Below are positions 35,830-48,894 of a DNA stretch of 64,000 bases, piece by piece; position 1 is the stretch's first letter; each line of letters begins with the position of its first letter. Source of the stretch: Tubiluchus corallicola (Eukaryota; Animalia; Priapulida); the NCBI GenBank assembly GCA_030141605.1, contig JAQGDQ010000997.1, positions 1 to 64,000 on the forward strand, read 5' to 3'. Below the pieces are notes generated by a model, which was given only the letters and a program-made list of their open reading frames with translations, searched no databases and was not told the origin of the DNA. Position numbers and translations under genes: made by a program.

Positions 35830-36686
35830 CTTGTGTGGATTTCGATTTGAGTCAGTTGAACACTTTTTGTTGCACTGCCCATTGTATCAACAAGCTAGGG
35901 TTGTTATGTTTGATAAACTAAATGAAATACTTCTGCCTGAAAACCTTAATATAGCTGCCTTAGGAAATAATGATCTGTTGAAGTTGTTATTATTCGGAAA
36001 AGATGAATTTAACTATGTTGCTAACTGTAAAATATTCCAATGTATACATGACTTTATATTACGTACTAAACGCTTCCAGTAGTTTCTATCTGATATAAAA
36101 TGCATCAGTCTTAAATAATCGTACATTAATATTTACTAACCGTCATTTTCTACTAATGTCTAATGTAATCTTGTAGTAAAACTTGTCAGCTTGTGTAGTT
36201 ATAGTCTATTCTTACTGTAAATGTTACTAATGTCTAATGTAATCTTGTAGTAAAACTTGTCAGCTTGTGTAGTTATAGTCTATTCTTACTGTAAATGTTA
36301 CTAATGTCTAATGTAATCTTGTAGTAAAACTTGTCAGCTTATGTAGTTATAGTCTATTCTTACTGTAAATGTTACTAATGTCTAATGTAATCTTGTAGTA
36401 AAACTTGTCAGCTTGTGTAGTTATAGTCAATTCTTACTGTAAATGTTACTAATGTCTAATGTAATCTTGTAGTAAAACTTGTCAGCTTGTGTAGTTATAG
36501 TCTATTCTTACTGTAAATGTTACTAATATCTAATGTAATCTTGTAGTAAAACTTGTCAGCTTGTGTAGTTATAGTCTATTCTTACTGTAAATGTTCTTGT
36601 AAATAGTGTATAAAGTCTGTTGTGGTGAGGATCCTAAATCATGTTGTTCAAACTGTCTGATCCAATCCTAAATAAATTATGTTTAA
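35830..36686 (+). mobile_element. CR1/L2-like LINE 3' end, family X (6 UTR units), inside the palindrome spacer
   Basis: CGFRFESVEHFLLHCPLY... plus 74-bp units at 36181-36600 and terminus. Confidence 0.87.
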
Positions 36687-37149
36687 TCTAATTAATCGCC
36701 TTAATGACCTCTAGCGCTGTGGAAAGTTTCAAGTGTTTGAATCAAAATGAGCATATTTACACCATCCTGGTAGACTATATACCCATTCATTTTATTCAAA
36801 TGACGGCCATCGTTTTTTGACGTCATAATTAGGTCATTTACAGTGCTCAAATTTTGGCCTAATTTGGACATATTATTCTCTGGACCAAATACTTCGACAA
36901 AACACGTTTTCTTGCATTTTCAGGGGTAGGGCTATTCTTTTCATTACATCGACCGGACAATGTATACAAATGCGCAATGCGTGACACGTGACGCGCGATC
37001 CGTATTTATTCTAACGTAGCCGCTATCGTCCGTCGCTATACGCATCATGCATTGCACGTACGAATCACGCAACAAACGCACGCGGAGTGCTACCTTTACA
37101 CTTTAAATTTTGAATGTGTAGTGTTTGAAGTCATGTCCAGGTCGTGAGT

Positions 37150-37300
37150 AAATTAGTAAGTAAATAGGCAAGCAAGCAAGCAAGCAAGTAATGAAGCAAG
37201 TAAGTAATGAAGTAAGTGAGTAATGAAGTAAGTAAGTAATGAAGTAAGTGAGTAATGACGTAAGTATGTAAGAAAGTAATTAAGTGAGTAAGCAAGAAGC
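37150..37300. repeat. Degenerate (AAGT)/(AAGC)n tract abutting the right-arm breakpoint
   Basis: gtaagtaaataggcaagcaagcaag...gtaagtaatgaagtaagtgag. Confidence 0.85.
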
Positions 37301-37663
37301 GAGTGCGACACAATGATACCAGGAAAAGAAGCCACGGCCAAGCGACACAATGATACCAGGAAAAGAAACCACGTCCTCACGTTGACGTTACTAGCCGCTC
37401 AATGTTAGAGAAACCAAAGCGTGATAATTGCGGTCTTGCTTCGCGGGACGTTAATGCGCATGCGCGTGAAGCGCCTGGACAAATTTGCTTTACGGTTAAA
37501 CAGTTAATCAAGTTTTGGTTAATCTATTACGACAGCATTCGTTCTAGCAGAATCATTTCATGCCTCGTAAATAAAAGTGAAGTGAATTGAACTCTTTACA
37601 AGCAGAAACAGTAGATGGTATAAGAACAGTGTGTATTCATGAAATCAACATATATAACAAAAC

Positions 37664-37694
<31 letters not shown>

Positions 37695-37888
37695 GTTATT
37701 GTTATTGTTACTGTTACTGTTACTGTTACTGTTACTGTTACTGTTACTGTTACTGTTACTGTTACTGTTACTGTTACTGTTACTGTTACTGTTACTGTTA
37801 CTGTTACTGTTACTGTTACTGTTACTATTACTGTTACTGTTACTGTTACTGTTACTGTTACTGTTACTGTTACTGTTACAACTACTAT

Positions 37889-37920
<32 letters not shown>

Positions 37921-37921
37921 T

Positions 37922-37962
<41 letters not shown>

Positions 37963-38108
37963 TCACTATCACTATCACCATCACCATCACCATCACCATC
38001 ACCATCACCATCACCATCACCATCACCATCACCATCACCATCACCATCACCATCACCATCACCATCACCATCATTATCATTATCATTATCATTATCATTA
38101 TCATTATC

Positions 38109-38155
<47 letters not shown>

Positions 38156-38158
38156 TAC

Positions 38159-38189
<31 letters not shown>

Positions 38190-38346
38190 GTTGTTGTTGT
38201 TATTATAAATATAGCTATTGTTATTGTTACTGATATTGTTATTATTATTATAGCTATTATTATTGCTCTTGCTATATTCATTGTTATTGTTATTGATATT
38301 CTCATTGTTATTCTTATTGCTATTATCATTATTATTATTATCATCG

Positions 38347-38378
<32 letters not shown>

Positions 38379-39263
38379 GTCGTCGTCGTCGTCGTCGTCG
38401 TCGTTTTCATCATTAATAACAACAACAATAACAAAAGTAACTATTATTCATTTATTTCAGACATTTAAAACAAGAGTAAAAATAAGGCACAAGTAAAAAC
38501 ACACAGAGTTAGTTTACAAAAAACTTACGTTTATTTCCACGACAATGTTAGTTAGAATGGGTATACATGTATAACATTTTTTGCACGACCTAAAATTTTC
38601 CGTCAAAAATGGTCGAAAGATGGCAGAGTATAATGGATGACGTCAGAACAATAGCTTTGCGTCAGCAGTTTTCCAAGCGAAAATTGCCGAAAATGGAACA
38701 TCTAATTAACTCGTCGCAGTTCCTCACTGCGGAGACGTCCTAAAACATAGGCCACATCATCGTTCAGCCCTGTTCTTCCTCTTTCTAAAGAGCCGTATAT
38801 TTCCTTCCGAGAGTCACACCGGGCGCCGCTAGAACGTTTTTTCCGCAGGCTGTTTGGTCAAAATTTCGAAAAAAAATCGCGTTGTGTCCGGGAAAACGCC
38901 CGTTGCGGGACGCCGTGGCCCTTTCGCAAATTTTAAATACGTCTATGATACCCAACGCTGAACGGGCTATCTACCCATGGCCAGCACCACCCTCGGCCCG
39001 TTCCCGTTCTTCAGATATCAGACATATAAATTTTGCAAAAAAACGGCCGAAAATGGCCATTTTTGGAAGTTTTTCGCCCCCCGTTCCTCGCTGTGGGCCC
39101 TATTCGAAAAATAAACACTCAATGGCACGACACTAGATCGAGACCTTTCGTTTGATTTATAGAGGTTTACTCCTCTACGCATGGAGCCTCTTGACCTCCG
39201 TCCTGTTGCCGCTGGCTGTGCAGCTCCTCCGCCTAGTGCCGAGATACAGTGTGGGCATCCCGC

Positions 39264-39383
39264 AAGCCTACAGCACCTGGTATTGCTAGGCGGTCACCAA
39301 TCCAAGTACTAACCAGGCTCTACGTTGCTTAACTTCGATGATCAGACGAGAACCGGTGTTTTAAACGTGATATGGCCGTAGAT
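39264..39383 (-). pseudogene. 5S rRNA: 5S rRNA-like SINE head, mirror copy
   Basis: Reverse complement of 32144-32263. Confidence 0.8.
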
Positions 39384-39959
39384 GTGAAACAATTACTACA
39401 ACACAAACATAGTTTCATGTTCGCGCCACTAATTCTTCGATGTTACATGTATTTCGCCGTTCTCTAGTTAGACGGGCGCTAGCGCCTGGATTTCGGAAAC
39501 GCATTGTACAAAAAACAGGTGTTGTACCTTTCACTTCAATTGTGTTAGTTTGTGACGAACTGCACACGTTCGACAGCTCATGCGTGAGCACAGCCGTAAA
39601 TATGAAATTTCAGTTTTTATCTTAAAACGTGCCTAGTTTTAGTACAACACATTGAACATCTTATGAAATTATGTTAGTTTGTGATGTCATCACTAGTTGG
39701 GCTTGCCCGCCCTTAACTAAGATTTTAATCTATTATTTAATTGTCAGAAACGTTTTTGCAGTATTAATTGTGTCAAAATGTATAATTTTATAGGAAATGA
39801 AAATGGGGCAGTATATGAAAAATCATCCCGTCTTACTTTAAGTTTTAGTATATGATCATGGTTATGATGATGATGATGGTGATAATGATGATGATGATGA
39901 TGGTGCTGATGATGATGATGGTGATAATGATGGTGACGATGATGATGATGATGATGACA

Positions 39960-40022
<63 letters not shown>

Positions 40023-40207
40023 GTGATAATGATGGTGACAATGATGGTGATAATGATGATGATGATGATGACGATGATGATGATGACGATGATGACTTGA
40101 TGAGGATGATGACATGATGGCGATGGCGATGACGATGACGATGATGATAACCACGACGACGACGATGATGATGCTGATGATGCTGCTGCTGCTGCTGATG
40201 ATGATGA

Positions 40208-40298
<91 letters not shown>

Positions 40299-43200
40299 CA
40301 TTTCTTTCGTTCTTTTGTTTTTATTGCCTGATGATCACTTAGAGTCTTTGCTATGTTTTCTTTGCACAGTGTTACACAGAGTCTACTTGATTGGACTCTT
40401 TTATCTTTACTCTTACTTAGACAGCTAATAAAAACGATATTATTGCAATTGCAGTCACTCAGTTTTTATTTGCGTCTGAATCTCTCGGGGCAACGGTTGG
40501 TGTCGTGACGCTAAAGTTGTCGCTGGGGTGTTTTGGGGAGAGCCAACAACCGACATTAGCAGGTTTATCAGACTGTTTTTGTAGTTGCGATGTTCGTGTT
40601 AAACAGATGAAATCACTGGATGAAAACATGGTTTAACTTTGCGATCTGTATTTTACTCAAAATCATAGTCTCATTGTCAATCCACATTGGTTTAACTTTG
40701 CGATCTGTATTTTACTCAAAATCATAGTCTCATTGTCAATCCACATATACACGTAAATGGTAAACATAATCAACAGTAGTAAACAAATGTTAAAGTAAAT
40801 CCAACAGCCAATATATCATGGCACCTGAGTCAAAACGTTATTATAACCAAACCGCCATTTAAGCCTATTGCTTGTCCTCTAATCTTGCTACCAAGTGTGA
40901 AAAACTGATACATTCCCAGAGAAGCCAAGTGACCCAGTTCCATACAAGCATATAACAGTAGCAAGTACATACATATATTGAAAACTTCCAAGTGTACAAA
41001 CAGATGTCAGCACTGACTTAGTAGTAATGAAAAACTAAAGTTTAAAACTACAAATAAAAATTAATAATAAGCTGTAAATTAAATGCTCACATCTGCGACA
41101 GTTGGGCTGCTGGGTCCTCCTGGTCCCGTGCTCTTGGCGGTGAACACTCGCAGACGGTACACTCCTGGTCCTGTGCTCTTGGCGGTGAACACTCGCAGAC
41201 GGTACACTCCTGGTCCCGTGCTCTTGGCGGTGAACACTCGCAGACGGTACACTCCTGGTCCTGTGCTCTTGGCGGTGAACACTCGCAGACGGTACACTCC
41301 TGGTCCTGTGCTCTTGGTGGTGAACACTCGCAGACGGTACACTCCTGGTCCCGTGCTCTTGGCGGTGAACACTTGCAGACGGTATGCTCCTGGTCCTGTG
41401 CTCTTGGCGGTGAACACTCGCAGACGGTACACTCCTGGTCCCGTGCTCTTGGCGGTGAACACTCGCAGACGGTACACTCCTGGTCCTGTGCTCTTGGCGG
41501 TGAACACTCGCAGACGGTACACTCCTGGTCCTGTGCTCTTGGCGGTGAACACTCGCAGACGGTACACTCCTGGTCCCGTGCTCTTGGCGGTGAACACTTG
41601 CAGACGGTATGCTCCTGGTCCTGTGCTCTTGGCGGTGAACACTCGCAGACGGTACACTCCTGGTCCCGTGCTCTTGGCGGTGAACACTCGCAGACGGTAC
41701 ACTCCTGGTCCTGTGCTCTTGGCGGTGAACACTCGCAGACGGTACACTCCTGGTCCTGTGCTCTTGGTGGTGAACACTCGCAGACGGTACACTCCTGGTC
41801 CCGTGCTCTTGGCGGGTGAACACTTGCAGACGGTATGCTCCTGGTCACGTGCTCTTGGTGGTGAACCCTCGCAGACGGTACACTCCTGGGCCTGTGCTCT
41901 TTTCGGTGAACACTCGCAGACGGTACACTCCTGGTCCTGTGCTCTTGGCGGTGAACACTCGCAGACGGTACACTCCTGGTCCTGTGCTCTTGGTGGTGAA
42001 CACTCGCAGACGGTACACTCCTGGTCCTGTGCTCTTGGCGGTGAACACTTGCAGACGGTACACTCCTGGTCCTGTGCTCTTGGCGGTGAACACTCGCAGA
42101 CGGTACACTCCTGGTCCCGTGCTCTTGGCGGTGAACACTTGCAGACGGTACACTCCTGGTCCTGTGCTCTTGGTGGTGAACACTCGCAGACGGTACACTC
42201 CTGGTCCCGTGCTCTTGGCGGTGAACACTCGCAGACGGTACACTCCTGGTCCTGTGCTCTTGGTGGTGAACACTCGCAGACGGTACACTCCTGGTCCTGT
42301 GCTCTTGGCGGTGAACACTTGCAGACGGTACACTCCTGGTCCCGTGCTCTTGGCGGTGAACACTCGCAGACGGTACACTCCTGGTCCCGTGCTCTTGGCG
42401 GTGAACACTCGCAGACGGTACACTCCTGGTCCCGTGCTCTTGGTGGTGAACACTCGCAGACGGTACACTCCTGGTCCTGTGCTCTTGGCGGTGAACACTC
42501 GCAGACGGTACACTCCTGGTCCTGTGCTCTTGGTGGTGAACACTCGCAGACGGTATGCTCCTGGTCCCGTGCTCTTGGCGGTGAACCCTCGCAGACGGTA
42601 CACAATATTCATGCCAAACAAAAGTGCAAAATCTTGTTTCTGACTATCGGTTATCCGACGTGCATCCTGTTGAACACGGAAGTCTCTTGTTTCTTTTACA
42701 CAAATTATTCATTCCAGAGCAAACCGCTAATGGTGACGAGCAGTGGATTCGCTTCTTCAGGCAAGAAAAACTGGCACGCAGGATAAAAATTTCATGAGCG
42801 GCAGTCTGCGTTGTTTGTTCAGAGGGGACAAAATGATGGTCGATTGATGATTTGACACGGTCGCATGTGCTAAAATGAATTCTGATAGCGTTTTCGTGTC
42901 CGTATTTTCAGGGCTGCCTAAGTGTCTCACTGCCAATTCCAATGACCACCAACAATTTCTTGTGAAATCTCAATAAGCCAGAAGTCCATTTTCACTATAT
43001 AAAGTATTGTACGTAGTACGTTATTACGCCTAATTAGTAATACTATTAGTAACGTCTGATTTTGCTTCACAAATTACCTTGTTTTTGTCTTTAACAAAAA
43101 TACGTTTGAATTCATCAATGGTGATAATGATGATGGTGATGATGGTGATAATGATGATGATGATGATGATAACGACGATGATGGCATGATGACATGATGA

Positions 43201-43373
43201 CGATGATGATGATGGTGATAATGATGATGATGATGATGGTGATAATGATGATGATGGTGAAGTAAATAATGATGATGTTGATAATGTTGATGATGACGAT
43301 GGTGGTGGTGGTGATGATGATGATGATGAAAATGATGGTGATGGTGGTGGTGATGATGATGATGATGATGAAA

Positions 43374-43412
<39 letters not shown>

Positions 43413-43859
43413 CCGACGACGACGACGACGACGACGACGACGATGATGATGATGATGATGATGATGATGATAATGATGATAATATGATGATATGATAATA
43501 ATGATGATAATGATGATGATAATGACGATGACGATGATGACAATGAGGAAAATTTTGAGGAAAATGAGGGCAAGTCGTCATCACTGATGAGCTGTACTTG
43601 ATATGTCAAGAAGCTGTTCATCTTCATAAATTTTAGTTTACTGATCATTTCTTGACAAATTAATGGTCTGGATTTCTTAAGGCTGTGATTTAGGATGTGT
43701 TTCTTCTCTAACGCATAATGGAGGCGCAATATAATAATTCCTGGCAATAAAACTGATTGAGACGGGAGTTGGGGATATAACAGCCAGGAAATTGAGAAGG
43801 AAGGTAAACAAGAAAACGACTGTAAAATCAGCGAACAAGCCGAGAAGAGATGAAACCAG

Positions 43860-43996
<137 letters not shown>

Positions 43997-44010
43997 AGAG
44001 GGAGAAGAGA

Positions 44011-44095
<85 letters not shown>

Positions 44096-44119
44096 TAGAT
44101 AGAGAGAGAGAGAGGGGGG

Positions 44120-44164
<45 letters not shown>

Positions 44165-44279
44165 GGAAAGAGAAAAACAGAAAAATGAGAGAGAGAAAGA
44201 GAGAGAGAGAGAGGGAGACAGAGAAAGACAAAAGGGAGAAAAAGAGAGAGAGGAGGAGAGAGACAAACAGAGAGAGAAA

Positions 44280-44350
<71 letters not shown>

Positions 44351-44352
44351 TA

Positions 44353-44385
<33 letters not shown>

Positions 44386-44406
44386 AAGAGAAGAGGGAGA
44401 GAGGGT

Positions 44407-44437
<31 letters not shown>

Positions 44438-46275
44438 AGAGAGAGAGAAAGGGAGAGAAAGAGAGAGAGAGAGAGAGAGACAGTAAAGAGAGAGAAAGAA
44501 AGAGACAGAAAGAGAGAGGAGAGAGAGGGCGAGAGAGACGGGAAGAGAATTTAAAATCACGTGCAGCAGATAGCTAGATGATTTGTACCAAGTAACATGT
44601 ACCCAGCGGGTCTATCATCATTCTACTCGCTTAAGTCTGTTACAATCTGCAGTAACTTGAGGAAATGAGGGCAATTTTTCTCACTGCCATGGTGATCTAT
44701 CAAAGATATATTATATGGCTTCACATTTAATGCAGTTTAGGCTTAGACGGAATAATGCCAATATTTACCGCCAAACTTGGTAAATATCCTGCGCATTTGG
44801 CCCAGATTAAGCAAACCCTGGCGTCCATCATGCACACTGATTCGCTGTGTCAATAGTGTTATGGATTGAAAAGTGGATAATCCACTACAGGCTATTTCCA
44901 ATATATTGTATTTGCTCCGAGTCTAATGCGGAGGGAACAGGAAATGGCGTCAGTGAACAGGAAATTAGCTAGTCTCAAGTTTTTAATAACAAGAAATAAC
45001 AAATGTATAATCGTGTTTCGAACCTCGGTCCTTCCGCCTGAAGGTTGCGTCCTGGAACGCTGTGTCCCGGAATTAAATGAAATACTTCTTCCCGAAAACC
45101 TTCAGATAGCTGCCTTAGGAACTAATGATCTGTTGAAGTTGTTATTATTCGGAAAAGATGAATTTAACTATGTTGCTAACTGTAAAATATTCCAATGGAT
45201 ACATGACTTTATATTACGTACTAAACGCTTCCAGTAGTTTCTATCTGATATGAAATGCATCATCTTAAATATTCGTACATTAATATTTCCTAACCGTCAT
45301 TTTCTACTAATGTTTAATGTAATCTTGTAGTAAAACTTGTCAGCTTGTGCAGGTATAGTCTATTCTTACTGTAAATGTTACTAATGTCTAATGTAATCTT
45401 GTAGTAAAACTTGTCAGCTTGTGTAGTTATAGTCTATTCTTACTGTAAATGTTACTAATGTCTAATGTATTCTTGTAGTAAAACTTGTCAGCTTGTGTAG
45501 TCATAGTCTATTCTTACTGGAAATGTTACTAATGTCTAATGTAATCTTGTAGTAAAACTTGTCAGCTTGTGTAGTTATAGTATATTCTTACTGTAAATGT
45601 TCTTGTAAATAGTGTATAAAGTCTGTTGTGGTGAGGATCCTAAATCATGTTGTTCAAACTGTCTGATCCAATCCTAAATAAATTATGTTTAAACTAATGC
45701 TGTGTCTTTCCATTTTTTCCGAGAGATTTTTTTTATCAAACCTCTAGAAGAAAACAGAAAAAACTAAAACGCGTTTACATGTTTATTCCACTATAAAAAC
45801 CCGACAGAGGTACTAAGACTTGCATTTGGTGTGAGTAATTTTGGCCCCCTTTCTGTGTAACTGTGACCAAGACCGTTAGTGTAAATGCAATTACTTTGGC
45901 CCTTTCCTTATGTATGGGATGTATGACTGGGATCTCTCGCCACGTGTATGCTCTTTGAGAATGTCAAATTCGTCTACTTTTCGCGGTGCGCTCCGCTGGA
46001 CAAAGTTGATCCCGCGAGAGCCCGCGCATTTTCTAAAAAAAAACCACTTCTGTGTAAGACTGGACAGCAAAGAGCGGATGCGTTATCTTACCGCTTGAAA
46101 GCTTGGTTTGATATAAACTGACACCTGTATCATATCGATTCGCATATAACTTCCATAAGAAGTAAATAAGAGTGTAGCAGATCAAGATTAAAGTGGATCT
46201 TGAGTGGAGTAATGACGTCATCATCGTCATCGTCATCATCATCATCATCATCATCATCAACATCATCATCATCAT

Positions 46276-46338
<63 letters not shown>

Positions 46339-46350
46339 CATCACCACCAC

Positions 46351-46513
<163 letters not shown>

Positions 46514-46522
46514 TTCTTCTTC

Positions 46523-46581
<59 letters not shown>

Positions 46582-48734
46582 TAGTGTGAAATTAGCGATA
46601 ATTATGCTGTTTCCATCCAAACGCATTGAAACATACCACAAATCTGCACGAAAGACACATTCAGGTTAGGCGTCAATGAATGTTCATGTGACAGATGCAC
46701 TGCAAATATGATGTCGTAATAACACTTCATATCGTTTTTCATATCGACCATTAACATGTGGAACAACTTACCACAGAACATTCGTGAAATTACATCCATT
46801 TCACAATTCAAACAAGAGCTCAAATCTCATTTAAGTTTTTCGTTGCGTAAGAAACATTTTTCATTTGGTAAACCTCCAATATCAGTGCATCATACGCGCA
46901 TGAGAATCGGATTTTCTCAGCTAAACTATGACCTTTTCTCTAAAGGCTGTAAAGATAATAACGGTCATCCAATATTGCCGAATTGTAACTGTGGATTTCG
47001 ATTCGAGTCTGTTGAACACTTTTTGTTGCACTGCCCATTGTATCAACAAACTAGGGTTGTTATGTTTGATAAACTAAATGAAATGCTTCTGCCTGAAAAC
47101 CTTAATATAGCTGCCTTAGGAAATAATGATCTGTTGAAGTTGTTATTATTCGGAAAAGATGAATTTAACTATGTTGCTAACTGTAAAATATTCCAATGTA
47201 TACATGACTGTATATTACGTACTAAATGCTTCCAGTAGTTTCTATCTGATATGAAATGCATCAGTCTTAAATGCATAGTCTCTAATGCATCAGTCTTAAA
47301 TAATCGTACATTAATATTTTCTAACCGTCATTTTCTACTAATGACTAATGTAATCTTGTAGTAAAACTCGTCAGCTTGTGTAGTTATAGTCAATTCTTAC
47401 TGTAAATGTTACTAATATCTAATGTAATCTTGTAGTTTAACTTGTCAGCTTGTGTGGGTATAGTCAATTCTTACTGTAAATGTTATTAATGTCTAATGTA
47501 TTCTTGTAGTAAAACTTGTCAGCTTGTGTAGTTATAGTCTATTCTTACTGTAAATGTTACTAATGTCTAATGTAATCTTGTAGTAAAACTTATCAGCTTG
47601 TGCAGTTATAGTCTATTCTTACTGTAAATGTTATTAATGTCTAATGTATTCTTGTAGTAAAACTTGTCAGCTTGTGTAGTTATAGTCAATTCTTACTGTA
47701 AATGTTATTAATGTCTAATGTATTCTTGTAGTAAAACTTGTCAGCTTGTGTAGTTATAGTCTAGTCTTACCGTAAATGTTTTGTAAATAGTGTATAAAGT
47801 CTGTTGTGGTGAGGATCCTAAATCATGTTGTTCAAACTGTCTGATCCAATCCTATCATAAATTATGTTTAAACTAATAACACATCAGATAATCTATCTTT
47901 CCACACACGTTTTTATAAATTTTACACTTAGACAAAATAATACGTACAACTCATACGCAAAGCTTACGATAAGAACTAGATAACTTGACAATCTTTACAT
48001 TTTACAAACAGAATATCACAAGTTTATACCACAGTTACTAAAGACATTTCTGACTTTTCAACTTTAGTAATGTCTTCTAAGAACACTACAAGACTTTTAC
48101 AATCTTAAACAGAAGGTCAAAATAATCTACTCTTTAAAATATTGAAAGGAAACAAAATTTTTTCGAAACTGACTTACGTGGAAGAATTATTACCACACAA
48201 ACACAATTTCACGTTCGCGCCACTAGTTCTTCGCTGTTACATGCATTTCGCCATTCGCTAGTTAGACGGACACCAGCGCCTGGATATCGGAAACGCATTG
48301 CATAAAAACAGGTGCTGTACCTCTCAGTTCAGATGTGTTAGTTTCTCACGAACTGCACACGTTCGACAGCTCATGCGTGAGCACAGGCGTAAATTTAGAA
48401 TTTGAATTTTTATCTTAAAACTTGCCTAGTTTTAGTACAACACACTGAATAGCTTACAGTAGCACTGTACTTCAATTTTCTCTTTTGCAAACACGTGCAC
48501 CACGCTCGTGGAATATTCTTGCTATTGAAAATTGTGTTAGTTTGTGATGTCATCAATAGTTGGGCTCGCCAGCCGTTAACTATATTTTTAATCTACTATT
48601 TAATTATCAGAAACGCTTTTGCAGTATTAGCTGTGTTAAAACGTATACTTTTACCGTACTTGAAAATGTGCTAGGATATAAAAAAATCATCCTGTCTTCC
48701 TTTAAGAAGTAAGTTAGTTAGAAGTGTTCTTCTT

Positions 48735-48894
48735 TCAACTCTCCAGTTCATGAATTCGCATCTCGTAGTTTTTTGGTTCGTTCATTTGCTGGTTCTCGAC
48801 GACGTTACTCAGAAGTTCCAGAACGTGTTCTAGTTGGCTGCTCTGAGAAGACATCTTTCTCTCCAAGGAAGTCACAGCTCTTCTTAAGTCATTA
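48735..48894 (-). CDS. TRPM: TRPM copy 2, terminal exon
   Basis: Mirror of 22647-22806 with AAA>AAG (K) and AAT>AGT (N>S, position 48808). Confidence 0.8.

Larger units (their letters stand above)
34214..37304. other. Unique 3.1-kb spacer of the inverted duplication
   Basis: No mirror counterpart; contains an (ACAT/ACCT)n tract, one family-X LINE and an (AAGT)-rich tract. Confidence 0.9.
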
